Under the pieces are notes generated by a model. It saw only the letters and a program-made list of their open reading frames with translations. It ran no database searches and was not told the DNA's origin. 64,000 nt of DNA from Lama glama (Eukaryota). Where the stretch lies: positions 62,374,001 to 62,438,000 of the forward strand of contig CM052816.1 in NCBI GenBank assembly GCA_028534125.1, in the 5' to 3' direction. The position numbers and the translations under genes were made by a program. Positions 51,333-64,000 of the stretch are shown here, in pieces. Position 1 is the stretch's first letter. Every line of letters starts with the position of its first letter.

Positions 51333-53177
51333 GCCCGGGCTGTGCCTGTTCTCTGGGCTACTAGCATATATTTTATATCTCTGACTGCCCCTGTTGTGCC
51401 TTCCTGTTTTCTTTCTTCTTGGCATATATGTCTTTCCTATTTCTGCTGTGTACTTTTAGTGTGATAGACCTAGAAGATGGAATTGGGTAGCTGAAAAAAG
51501 TAGGTAAAAATAAATAACAAAACTTCAAGGCATCAAATGCTTTCAATGTTAACTTGCAAAATGACTAAGGGAAGAATGCTGTGCACCAATGGTGTTTACT
51601 GCTCTTTGTCAAATCTAGGCAACTCGCATTATTGATTTATAGTGTCCACTCTGGTACCTGTTAGAAAGGTAGCAAGAATAGCCAGCTGCAGTATTCCTGG
51701 TATATGCAGAACATGGCTCCATCTCCTCCATTATCTTACACAAGGTTCCAGATCTCAGTCTCTCATACTCAGAGCCAGATTCTAAGGCATCTTATGCATC
51801 TTTACAGAACCTGCAGTTCAGCTGTCCCTCTTCTTCTCAGTCAGCTCTTCTCTCTTTCCACAAGAAATTCAACCACACCAACCTCATTGTGATCTCCGCA
51901 GTTTTGTGGATCCCAGAAGGATTACATTGTACCTCACACAGTGTACCACTTTTAAAATCTCACTTGGCTGTCGCTTCCTGAGTCTTTGCTCCTGGCTGCA
52001 CAATTACTGGATTCCTCTTTCTGCTCTCTCCAATTCACAGGTCTCAGCTCAACCCCCCTGATTTCTGTCCTCCTAGATTTTTTTCCCCTCAGGTGTTTCA
52101 ATCTCTCCGTCTCTCTCTGTCTCTGTCTTTCTTTCTCTCTTTTCCTTAGGCAGAGTGATTTAGTGTTTTTCTGGTTTCTCCTTCTAAACTTCCATACATC
52201 ACAGAGCTCACCAACAAAGCACCCTCCAGGTGCTAGGGTCCATTCTCCTCGGGCAGTGGGAGATTGTAAATATGTAATGAATTTATAATGAAATTTATAA
52301 TGAAATATTTTACTGTGGGATATTTACAACATTTCCTCATTCTTTCCACATAAAAGGAAAATCAGCCTATTTTCTCAGTGTCTCAGTGACACCTCAGGGA
52401 ATAACACAGTAATAGGATGGACGTAAAATTAGATTTAGCATAGAGGTTATTACCTGAAACACTCAAAGATCAGGCTGGAGGGGAAAACAAGAAAGCTGGG
52501 AAAATAAGAGGGGTAGAGGGGGTGATTTAGTTGGAGAGATTGTAAAGAAGATACACATTTTCTGCCCTGAAAGTGCTTACATAATAATCTATATGTTATT
52601 TGAAAAGAGTTAATGAAGGGCAATCCAGTTACTAATAAAGGCTATTAATCTGCAGATAGAGAAATAGTGTGATAAATATGTATATTTGTTCTAATCTATA
52701 ATCTAGGATAATTTGTTAATGATTGAAATCATTAATACAGACAGAAGTGTTTAGCTAGTATTTGAAAGCCTAACCAGAATGGCTAGCTTTATCAGTGATC
52801 CACACGAAAAGATTTGGTAATTAGTATATGGATGTTAGAAGTGATTCATGTTGTCAGTTGTGTACAATGTATATACATTGTCAAAAAGAACTTCACAATT
52901 ACCTCCACACTTGCATGAATAGGAAATAAGAATCTAGCAATTCTAAGAAGCCATGCTGTTGAGAATAGCTTGACCCTATGCCTAAAGACTCCACTGGGTC
53001 ACAGTGTCTAGATATTTTTGGAGGCATCTGTCATCTGATCTTTCTACGATATTGGCAAACCTTACAATTAGAACATTGTTGCATTGGCCTTGAGTGACTC
53101 TTGCAAAGTGCTTGAAGGAACAAAGGTCAGGATGTCACTGAACTGACAGAAAAAGTTAATCATATTTTTCCCCACTT

Positions 53178-53562
53178 TTTTTTTGTATTATGGTAAAATA
53201 CACACAAAATTAAATTTACCACTTAAATCATTTTAAAATGTACAATTCAGTGGTATTAAATACATTCATTATGTGCTACCACCATCAACATACATTCCCA
53301 GAACTCTTTCCATCTTTATAAAATTGAAACTCTGTATCCATTAAATAGTAACTCTCTACTATCTCCTCCCCTTAGCCTCTAGCAATCACCATTCTACTTT
53401 CTGTCTCTATGACCTTGACTACTCCAAGTATCTCATTTAAATGGAATCATACAATATTTGTCTTTTTGTGGCTGGCTTATTTCACTTAGCATAATGTTCT
53501 CAAGGTTCATCCATGTTCAATTATGTGTTAGAATTTCCTTCCTTTTTAAGGCTGATACTCCA
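53178..53562 (-). mobile_element. L1MA/MB 3' end
   Basis: tgtacaattcagtggtattaaatacattca...ggcttatttcacttagcataatgttctcaaggttcatccatgtt. Confidence 0.85.
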
Positions 53563-55054
53563 TTGTCACTTTTCTTTTCTCTTTTCCTTGCCTACTTGTT
53601 TTCTAGTATTTGGAGCTGTGGCAGAGTTTGGTCTGTGATTTACTTTCATTGTAATCCATCTGGTAGCAAGACTTTGGGGGAAAAGACCTTTACTCCTTAC
53701 ATATCTTTGAATCAGGCTATCATTACTTACCAAAAGTACCTAATAATTAGGAATGATAAAATTGGCATAGGGTGCTTCTCAACGTTTAGTTTATAATCAT
53801 TTTATCAACATCTTTTAGTGCTTACTTATTAAATATCAGGATTATACACCAATTCTCAGAAAAAATATAGCCATATTTAGTGAACAGGAGTTTTATGTTA
53901 AAGTAGGAAAAATTTTAGCAATAAAAATTATTAAATTATTTGATTATTGGTTTTAGTCATTCATTTGAAGGTTTTTTAACAAATGAGGTAATTCTAAGTA
54001 ATTCTCTAGACCTTGAACTTTGATTTCTAAATGGAGTCAAAGTTCAGGTTCAGTCTTGCAGAAATCTGACTGGCAAAGATTTTTTGGTTTCACATTAATT
54101 TTTTTGCAGGTGTTCTCATAGCTTAAAGCAGGGAATACAAAGGAGAAATCCACTTACAAATGCTGTGTGTGTTCCTAGGACAGTAAACTTTCATTCCTGA
54201 ATTTTTATTACAATTGAGAAAGAGCCCAAGGAGGAGTTAAGAACAAAGAAACTGAATTAAGAGAAAGCAAACAGAAAATTTTGCTCAGAGGAATCAAACA
54301 TGATGGAGACAAAATAAATGATCTAGATCAGACTGATGAAATAAATTAGTGCCTACAAAAAAGTCTTTATCTTGGGTCTGTGTGTAATAAAATCATAATT
54401 CTGAAGCTGTAAATTAAATAATTTTAATTGTTTTCTGGTATCAAAAAATTAATGCTTTTCCCTGATAGAAGATAAAATAACATATTTATTAAGTGTTACC
54501 ATGCTCTAGGTCCTCTCAACAAATAGTACCTTATTTTTCAACTCTTCACTGTTCAGCTTGATATTAGGAAGGTATAACTTGGTTATTATTCTTGCAAGTT
54601 CATTGTGGGATGGTGGTATGAATGGTGGAAATATGAAATGGGCACATTTAGAGGCTGTAGATTTTCCTAAGTGGAAAAGGATATATATACAGAGAGAGAC
54701 AACACAGAGCCCTTCTGGGTGGGGCTACAGCTTCCCACAATACCAGAGTTTCCCACAGGGATTTTACCTGTGGATGCTGCCACTGGTGCAGAGTAAGGAT
54801 TCCTCCAGCATGAACACTTGTCCTTATTTCTTAGTGTTCTGTGCCTGTCTGCCCACCAGGTAGAGGTAACTGGTGGAAAACCACTCAAATACATTGCTAC
54901 GTACTTGTTGTAAAACTAGGTAGTATGAAGGTTAGTCTCCAAGGGGCTCCCTCCAGCAGGACAGGCCTGTGGTTTAGGTTACTTCCACAATGCACTAACA
55001 AAAATAGAGCCTCTACCATATTACACACGTGGGCATCTGCAATGGCAAAATTAA

Positions 55055-55628
55055 AGGAGCTAAGGGTTGAACGTTGACCCAATCTCTAGTGGCCAATGAT
55101 TTAATCTATTGGGTCTATGTAATAAAACATTCATAAAATCCAAAAAGGAGGAGGTTTGGAGAGCTTCCATGTTGTTGAAAGAACTGATTCTATGTACCAC
55201 TATGTCAGGCTCTAAGCTCCTTGAGGGCAGAAGCCCCTTTGTTTGGGGGATTGCACTATATATCCCTTCATCTGGCTGTTGAATTGTGCTCTTTAATAAT
55301 GTTTATAATTAACCAGTAATTTAGCAAGTAAACTGATTTCCTGAGTTCTGTGAGCAGCTCTAGCAAATTAATTATAGCCAAGGAAGGGTGCATGGGACCT
55401 TCAATTTGTAGCCTATTTATAAGAAGTACAGGTAACAATTTTGACTTGCTGTTGGCATCTGAAGTAGAGGGCAGTGAGATTGAGCCCTTAACCTATGAAA
55501 TCTGATACTACTTCAGGGTAGATAGTGCCAATATTGAGTTGAATTGTTAAGACAGCCAGCCTGTGTCTGATAATTGCTTGGTAGTGTGGAAGACCCCCCC
55601 TCTTCTCACACAGGAATTGGATATAAGA
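55055..55628 (+). mobile_element. MER21-like LTR
   Basis: ggccaatgatttaatc...ctgagttctgtgagcagctctagcaaatt...tggcatctgaagt...gtagatagtgccaatattgagttgaatt. Confidence 0.8.
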
Positions 55629-55630
55629 AT

Positions 55631-56590
55631 CTTTTTTATTTAAGTGTAGTCGAATTATATTGTTGTGTTAATTTCTTATGTACAGCATAGTGTTTCAGTT
55701 ATACGTATTTGTATATTTCTTTTCATATTCTTTTTCACTATATGCTATTATAAGTTATTGACTGTAGTTCCCTGTGCTATACAGTAGGACTTTGTTGTTT
55801 ATCTATTTTAAAGATAGTAGCTAGTATCTGCAAATCCCAAACTTCCAGTGTCTCCCTCCCCATCCTATCTCCCCTCTAGTAACTGAGAGTTCATTTTCTA
55901 TGTCTGAGTCTGTCTCTGTTTTGTAAATAAGTTCATTTGTGTCATTTTTTTAATATTCCACATACAAGTGATATCATATAGTATTTGTCTCTCTCTTTCT
56001 GGCTTACTTCACTTAGTATGATAATCTCCAGGTCCATCCATGTTGCAGCAAATGGCATTATTCTATTATGGCTGAGTAGTACTCCACTGTATACACCACA
56101 TCTTCTTTATTCAGTCATCTGTTGATGCACATTTAGGTTGATTCCATGTCTTGGCCATTGTAAACAGTGCTGCTATGAACCCTGGAGTACATGTTTCTTT
56201 TTGAATTAGAGTTTCCTCCAGATATATGCCTGGGAGTGGGATTGCTGGATCATATGGTAAGTCTATTTTTAGTCTTTTGAGGAATCTCCATACAGTTTTC
56301 CATAATAGCAGCATCGAACTACATGCTCACCAACAGTGTAGGAGAGTTCCCCTTTCTCTACACCCTCTCCAACATTTATCATTTGTAGACTTTTTAATCA
56401 TGGCCATTCTGACCGGTGTGAAGTGATACGTCACCATGGTTTTGATTTGCATTTCTCTGACAATTAGCAATATTGAGCTTTTTTCCCATGTGCCTATTGG
56501 CCATTTTTATGTCTTCCTTGGCTAAATATTTGTTTAGTCTTCAGCCAATTTTTTTGATTGGGTTGTTAGTTTTTTGTAATTGAGTTGTAT
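55631..56590 (-). mobile_element. Lineage-specific L1 3' portion
   Basis: Track ORF 56111-56314 ([26 protein letters not shown]); same 3' UTR family as the copies at 23.4, 38.5 and 59.6 kb. Confidence 0.92.
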
Positions 56591-57624
56591 GGGGTACCAG
56601 GTAAACTCACAGTGTGAAAACTCAGCCAGCCACAAGCTTGAAACACAAGTACTTTTCACTGAGTGCTGAGGTATGAAAAACAACAGAAAATAGAGTAGAG
56701 AATGTACGTATAATATGCGTGTAACTATACTATGTAAGTATGTGTGCACAGCATTTTTTGATAGGTAAAGTTTATTATTTCAAATTCCAGAACTAGAGCC
56801 ATTGTTCCTGTGTCTCAAATCACCATTTTGAAACCACAACCATGCCCCAAATCGATGCTATCTATTAAAAATAGACAGCCATTTTACTTCTTACTTTGAT
56901 GTCTAATAACAAACTAGAAATGTTAAGATCCTAAAGGGCTCAAATTGTCAAGTGAAATTAGCCATTCTATAAAAATAAACTGTTTTTTTTCTCTGTCTTC
57001 CTCTAGTATCTTCCAAAATAGCAAGTTGACACCCAAAGGCCATTTTAAAAGGACAATTTAATAGTCTTTTTTATTTTTATAAAAGGTATTAGTCTTTTAG
57101 TAAAAAATACTATGACACAGAATAAGAACTATTTAAAGAATTTTAAAATTTAAAAAACCAAAGCCTCCTTGTCTTATAACAGTAAATGTATTATAGAGAA
57201 CATCACTAGTGAGAAGGCGGGGAATTTAAAACTTACAGGCTTTCTTAAAAATATTCTGAACTTGTAGACTTTAATTTAGATACTTTTAAGAAGAAGAAAG
57301 CAAAAAACATTAAGGTTTGTGCTTTTCGTAAGAACAAAAATGGTTGTACTTGAATGTTATCCTTTCCCCAAATCCCTGTAGCACAACACCCCCTTCTAAG
57401 TAGACCTTTATGATTGTTTTAAAGTTGCAAGCAGCAATATTTAAATGCAAAAAAAAAATTATGTCGAGGATCATGTGTATGACTTTAACGTGTCTGTGAA
57501 TTTATATGAGGGGAAACTTTTCAGTTATTTTGCTGCTCCAATACCTCAAATATGTATATAATTCATTATAAAATTGTTTTCATCAAAAAGTTTTGGTGTT
57601 TAAAACTTTGGCTGTCTCATTCTG

Positions 57625-58058
57625 CTCTAACTTACAACATAACATTAATGAGCTAATTTTATAATATAGTTCAATTGACCCAATATATTCAAAATACAAT
57701 TCTTTCAACATACAATCTATAAAAAATTATTAATCTTCTATTTTATATACTTTTTATACTGTCTTCAAAACCCAGTGTATATTTTATACTGTAAGTATCT
57801 TAATTTAGATGATCAATTTTCATCAGAAATATATATATTTGTATTTTATAACATTTACAGTTGAAAGCAGATTCATGAACTCAAATTATTCTAGAAATAC
57901 TTAAAATTTCCCAATGACTGAATCAACTTTGAGCTTTTAAATGTAAATTAATTAAAATTGAATGAATATGTAAAAATCAGTTTCTCAGTTGCACTAGTCA
58001 CATTTTAAATGCTTAAGAACCACGTGTGGGCAATCAGTACCACATTAAACACAGTAGC
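57625..58058. mobile_element. Charlie5/MER33-like hAT element
   Basis: tcttcaaaacccagtgtatattttatact...tcagtttctcagttgcactagtcacattttaaatgct. Confidence 0.7.
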
Positions 58059-58820
58059 TGCACGTGATGTAATAAAGACGCGAGCTATGCTGACTGGGGT
58101 GAGAGGAGAGAGGAACTTGGGAAGTGACTTGAAGAGATTAAAAACTGAAATTTGAAGGGAGTATACTTAAAATATATATATATATAAAGAATGACGATTT
58201 CTTAGGGAATACATGACAGAGTCTGAGTGAATAATGGAAAAAGCCCCTGTCCTTGACCATTTGCGGCTAGAATTAAACCAGTTTTGATAATTCGAAGGCA
58301 CCAATATGTGGTTTTTTTGCAGCAGCAACCTGGATCTAAGCACTTGCCATCCTTGTTTTTACTTAACCAAGTATTAGATGTAGAATATTTCAGTGATTTA
58401 AAATACACGTGATCCTCAGGGAAGAGGTACCACAACTGGAACCTGCCCAATCCCCCACCAGTCTCAGAGGTAGGTACATTTTGACTCCCAGCTCTGGCTA
58501 CAAAGATAAAAAGGGGTACCCCTCTGTGTCCACTACCGACAGGTTTGCCTGACGTGGCTGGAATGATTTGCCTAATTCTGTGATTAGGTTTGCTAACAAC
58601 CCATCTGTTCATTCCCTGAGACACCTGTGTGGGTCTCACTCTCCTGGACAAGCCTTGTCTCCTCTCTTCCTGCCTCTCTCCCTGCTTCTGGGTGAGGTCC
58701 TAACCAGCTCTCCAGCTCTCAACCTCTTCGGCCCATTCTCCTGATTCCAGCTTAATCTTCCATTAGCTGTCTGGTCTGAATTGCTGACCCAGTGTGCTAT
58801 TTGCTGAGCTAGTGAAGCTT

Positions 58821-58839
58821 TGCTGCCCCCTTCTGGTTG
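58821..58839 (-). promoter_or_regulatory. Putative CTCF site
   Basis: Minus strand reads CAACCAGAAGGGGGCAGCA, one mismatch from the core consensus CCASYAGRKGGCRS. Confidence 0.5.
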
Positions 58840-58924
58840 AAATGCTCACTAAATATTTGTTTAATAAATTCTGGAAATGTGTTCTAATTGCACATCTTGC
58901 CAAATGCAGCATGTAATAAAAAAC

Positions 58925-59200
58925 TGCATAATTTTTAAACTTAAATACTATTTATTGATTGGCTTCTGTGTGCTAGAGATACTGGACACTGAAGATACAG
59001 CAGTGAATGAAGCAGACATAAATCTGTGCCCTCATGGAACAGTCGTAGGGAGACTGACTAGAAATATATAAACAAGCAAAACGTGTGATACATCAGGAAT
59101 TACTCACACAAAAAATGAAGCTCAGAAGGGAGATGGAGAGAGGGAGGGCATTTAAATTTCAGATAAGGCCAGGGATGGTCTCCTTGAAACCTAAAGGAAA
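58925..59200 (-). mobile_element. L2 3' fragment
   Basis: tatttattgattggcttctgtgtgctagagatactggacactgaagatacagcagtgaa...gccctcatggaac. Confidence 0.75.
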
Positions 59201-59646
59201 TAAGGAATGGTCCAGTGTGCTATCCACTGCTCCAATATTGTTCCTTCTTAATGAAATAGCACCCAATGACAGTAAGGGTAAAAATCAAGCATTGTTTGAG
59301 ACTTTATTAAGGTATGCAGTACACTAAATGCATACTAAGAATGAAGATGAGCCATTCAAAATTAACCTGGTAACTTCGTAACAGTGAACTATTTTAACTA
59401 TGATAGAGCATCAATGACATTATCTGATTGCTATCAATAAAATACTGATGAAATGAGAGCAAGTCTTTGGGAGGCTAACATGTAGTTCTTCATATTGGAT
59501 CATTAAAAGGTAGATTGGAATGATTTGTATTTTTGTACAATGATCTAACTTAAAATCAATTATGCAAACTAGAAAGAAAATTATGTTCATTGAGGAACTT
59601 GGATAAAATTTCCTCCATTCTGTTAATCAAGAAATACTTCTTTAGA

Positions 59647-59895
59647 GGGGAGGTAGGAGAACGAATGAACTGAGAGTTTTGAGATTTGCAGATACTGAGT
59701 GGTATATATAAAACAGATAAACAAGTTTATACTGTATAGCACAGGGAAATACATTCAATGTCTTGTAGTAGCTTACGGTGAAGAAGAATATGAGGATGAA
59801 TATATGTATGTTCATGTATGACTGAAGTATTGTGCTGTACACCAGAAGTTGACACAATATTGCAAACTGACTATACCTCAATAAAAAAAAGAAAA
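59647..59895 (+). mobile_element. Short young L1 3'-end insertion with a 15-bp TSD
   Basis: TSD aaatacttctttaga at 59632-59646 and 59896-59910; A tail. Confidence 0.92.
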
Positions 59896-62147
59896 AAATA
59901 CTTCTTTAGAAATGTGTGGATATTTAGCATACCCAGAATAGTAATAGGGAATAATCATAAACTATTAATACAAAAGTGATCTGAGATAACAGAACATCAA
60001 ATAAAGCTATGTATAACCATAAAGATGTTTTACAGACTTTGGTCTCAACACTACCATTAATAACTGACCATCTGAACTCATTGCTGAATATGTCAAAGAA
60101 ATGAATGCATAGTTGGTCTTCATTGTCCTTGGGGTCAGCAAAGTCTGTCAACACCTCCTTAGGTAGTCATCGTTCCCTTGGTGTTCCCCTCTCTGTCTTT
60201 CTTTGTTATTATTTTTTATTAACAGCAGCCAGATATCTTTTGCAGTTTTGATTTAAAGACGAAACTTTGGCTATAAACTAAAGCATCAAATCTGCACATA
60301 CACTGCTACCCATAGTCTTTATTAAAGCTGTTTGCACATTAAGGAATATACAATGTTTAAAAATATCCAAGAGTTTCCAAGATGACATTAATTTCTAACG
60401 TACTCTTCTGGAAATACATCATGTCTCCTAATCTGGGGTTAGGAAAATATGATCTGCTTGTAAGTAGCAAGTGGCCTGTGGCCATGTTCCCATGGTATGG
60501 AGAAAGCTTCCCTGCGGTAGGGGAGAATTACGCTGCACACAAAAGAGCCCAGAGAGGAGGGGGGAGGAGAGAGAACTGATACCACTTGGGCGTCTAGGTC
60601 CCGTCACCAGGTTAATCTGAGTCTGCCTGGTCCTGCAGCTCTTCCTTCATTTTGGAGAGCTCTCCTGATATCCTTTCAATAAATTATTTTGCATAACCTA
60701 GTTTGAGCTAGGTTTCTGTCACTTGTAATCTGTAAGAGCCTTCACAAAGAGTCTGAATTTTACCCTCAGCATCAGAGACCCTTCAGAGGGTGTGATTTTT
60801 TTTTTTTTAAGGCAGCCATTTTGGGCCAAAGGGAAAATAACAAGAGGACATGAAGGGGAAGCATTTAAAATACTGAAGAATTAATTCTTGTTAGATAAAG
60901 GCATCAAAGACAGGTGCTCATGACAGATAGAAGACATTACCTAATTAACAAATCTATCTCACTGATGGAAAAGTAAATTCCTCCTAAAGTTGGGTTTAGT
61001 CTCAAATATAATGCTGTATTTCCTGAGTCACGGCTACCCATCCTTTGCCACCCCCCAAAAGATGCCCCCAGCCCCGTATTAATTATGTATAATTTTAGGG
61101 CTGTGACATAGTTAATATCATGTGTTTAGTATCTAGCTGAAATATTTAATGTGAAAAACAGATGATTATGTAGAAGGCATTAATAGGACCGAAAATCAAT
61201 ACCCACAGTGAAAGCATTGACTACTTAATTGGCAATACCTAATCAGTTAAGAAATGAATATATAACAAAGAAATAACCTGGTGGTCTTAAAGAACCAACT
61301 TAAAAAGAGTAAAACTTAAACAAAAGAAGATAAGAAAATTGGAATTATGTGAAATCTTATTAAAATATTTTTTGATGTTGCTTTTGGAAAGAAAATGACC
61401 TATTCATAAATATTACATAGGCTCTGGACACTGCACACTATTTGTATGGTGCTTTAAAATTTGTCTCACCATGGGAATCTCAGCTAATAGGATAGCATTT
61501 CTGGTAAAGAAGGATGGTTTGGGATGTTTGGTAAGAGACAATAGCATTTGGATAATATTTCAAATAGACAACCACTTAGAAGTAATGCCTCAAAAACTGA
61601 GCTGTTAAACGTTTCAAAGTTCAGAAATGTCAGCAAATGACACCCTTTTGTCTTGATGATATTTTATTGATGACTCTCTTTTATAGGTAAGTATGTTCAA
61701 CATGATGGTCTAGCCTCTTTTTTTAAGCTCTGAAGAGGATTCCTGTCTTAACTTTTACCCACTTCCCAGGAATCTTTTAGACTGTTCTCTCCTTATTGGT
61801 ACCCAAATATATATTTATGGTATAAAAAGGTAATTTAATAAAAATCTTAGCAAAATATAATTAAGAACCTATATCGTGGGTTTGTAAAAGCTTAGAACTG
61901 GAGGAGATATTAGAGCTCATCTGGTTCAGTGACCTTATTTTACAGGTAAGACACAAGGGAATTTATTAATTTGTGGCTCAAGGTTATGTTGCTGCTAAGG
62001 GGAAAAAAATGCTTCCAAACTAAATGTATAGATTCTTAGTTTATCTATCTTTTTGGTGCTTCTGTGCCTCAGGTTTTCTTTCTTATTCTTTTTAGAACTA
62101 AATCTCTTTGAATGGCTTTTTAATTTATTGAGTGATATGATCTAGTT

Positions 62148-62320
62148 CAGTGATGCTCAAAGTGCAGTCCCTGGGCCAGCAGCATCCCTAGCACCTGGCA
62201 ACTTAACAGAAATGCACATTCACAGGCCCACACAAGACCTGGAGAGTCTGACTCTGGTGGTAGGGTCTAGCCACCTGTGTTTTAACAAGCCCTCAGGTTA
62301 TTCTGATGTGCTAGGGTTGT
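62148..62320. mobile_element. MER5A
   Basis: cagtgatgctcaaagtgcagtccctgggccagcagcat...tgtgttttaacaagccctcaggttattctgatg. Confidence 0.85.
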
Positions 62321-62799
62321 GGAGTGACATTTAGTGTGAGTGTTAGGAAACTGAGGTCTTAGTCAAGATTCTGTAACTAACTGGTCACTACTGGTAACTC
62401 ACTTCACTTAAAGCAAATCTATTACTATTTTTCCCTTTCCTAAAACCCTCTAATGCTCCCCTACAAGCTACAGAACACAGCTGAAACTTTTCATCTCTGT
62501 GTAAATGGATCCCTTCTACTTCTACAACTTTCCACTGCTCCTTTCCACTGCTCCCTCAACCTTCGGCTCCAGCACTATCAAAATCTCTGCTCCATTGCAC
62601 CTGTTGTTTCTCTGCCAAGAATATTCTTTCTTCCTCCTTCACCTGACTTGACATAAAGAAGTGAAATCAGGTGAAGGAGGTCCTGGGGTCTAAAGGTCCA
62701 CGACTTCCACGAAGTCTTCCCTGGCTTCCTCCCTAGATAGGTTCAATGTATCCTCTATTGTTTTCATCATAATATTCTTACTTCTCTGAGAGATGAAAA

Positions 62800-63960
62800 T
62801 ACATAGGTTTTTAACTGGTTGAAGAGGGACAAGAGAGCTTCCCAGGATAAGAGAACAGCTTGTGCAAAGGTCCTGTGCCAGTTGTGAGCATGGTACAAAC
62901 AAGGAACTGAAAGAGGGCCTGTGTGGTTTCAGTGGAGACAATGAGAGGGAGCAGAGTGGTACAAAGTGAGGTTGCAGATATGGGTAGGGGTCAAATCATA
63001 CAGCACTGTAGGAAACGATAGGGAGATTTGTTTTTATCCTAAGACCTAGGAAAATTTGGTTACATTTTGAGAAAAGAGTAAATGTAATAAGATTTGCATT
63101 TTAAGAGGATCAATTTGGCCACTGTTTGAAGCTAGCAAGAGCAGATATTGTGCCACCACTTAGGTAACCACTGCAGCTGTGTCAGTGTTTCTCACATTTT
63201 TGGTAGTGGAAACAGAGACAGGAGAATGGATTCGTGAGAGTTTTAGGACCTGGAGATGGCTAGATAAAAGGGGTGAGTAAACAAGGTGGTCAAGGATGAC
63301 ACCAAGGCTTTTAGTTTACCTAGGGAGTGTGTACAATCGTTTATTTAGGGAATACTGATAGAAGACTGGGTTTGGGGAGAGAGCTTATGGATATCAGGAA
63401 TTTGAGGCAATGTCAAGGTCAGTAGTCAAACTCAGAGGGAGGTCAGGGATGAATATAAAACTTGAGATCATCTGCTCAAAGGGGACCTTTATGAGACAGG
63501 TTTTATTGGATTAGTGAAGATGGAAGCTGGTTGGTAATGAACTGAGTAATGAGCAGAAAGTCAGGAAGTAGAATTGGGAAATTTTGTTATGTGTTTTGAG
63601 AAGTGAGAATGTGAAAGAAGGAGAATGCTAGGGGGCTGCTGAAATGGGGAGTGTAGACAAATTAGGGTTTATATGTATTACAGACTGATCGTATCTAAAA
63701 AACTAGAAAATGAAAAAGACCCTGCTGAGGGGGAAAGGATGAATATATAAAGAGGAGAAGAGATAATTGATTGTAAGCTTCTCCAGAGAACAGGAAATGA
63801 TGGAGCCCAAAGCTTCAGTGAAGGAATTAACTTTAAGAAAAGGTTGAGAGAGCTCCTCTATTGCTACATGGCCCAAGGTAGGTGTGCAAGTTTGGTAAGC
63901 AAAAAGTTGGGAGAGTTCCCATCCCAAAAGCTTATAATCTCTCAGTAAAGTTAAAGGCTC
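62800..63960 (-). mobile_element. Long degenerate L2
   Basis: agagaacagcttgtgcaaaggtcctgtg...agatttgcattttaagaggatca...gtcaaggatgacaccaaggctttta. Confidence 0.75.
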
Positions 63961-64000
63961 AATCAATACGCTGACTCTGAAGGTCCTGCAAACACTTGTT

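Noticed and set aside
58202..58651. 149-aa minus-strand ORF upstream of the promoter
   Set aside because: The start is non-ATG, there is no recognisable domain, and there is no supporting gene structure.

Overview
Mammalian (eutherian) genomic DNA, AT-rich and dense in repeats. The young L1 3' ends and the lack of recognisable Alu, B1, Bov-A, PRE-1 or SINEC elements suggest a cetartiodactyl, possibly a camelid (inference). The window holds the 5' part of RNF180 (Rines, a membrane-anchored RING E3 ligase) on the minus strand. It contains a CpG-island promoter and non-coding exon 1 (~50.25-50.0 kb), coding exons 2 (25509-25375), 3 (12642-12547) and 4 (10952-9993), and a 36-nt exon 5 candidate (7157-7122). 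The RING and transmembrane exons lie beyond the left edge. Most of the rest is L1, L2, MIR, MaLR/ERVL LTR and hAT/Mariner relics. The most interesting points concern L1 and splicing. Exon 5 is an exonised piece of antisense L1 whose donor here has an apparent 1-nt insertion (GTTAAGT instead of GTAAGT). A different L1 ends only ~15 nt from the exon 3 acceptor and seems to supply its branch region. The same L1 segment recurs as AG...GT proto-exons in introns 1 and 2. No prokaryotic-type system (CRISPR, operon, defence island) is present. Repeat family names and human protein comparisons come from memory, not from database searches.
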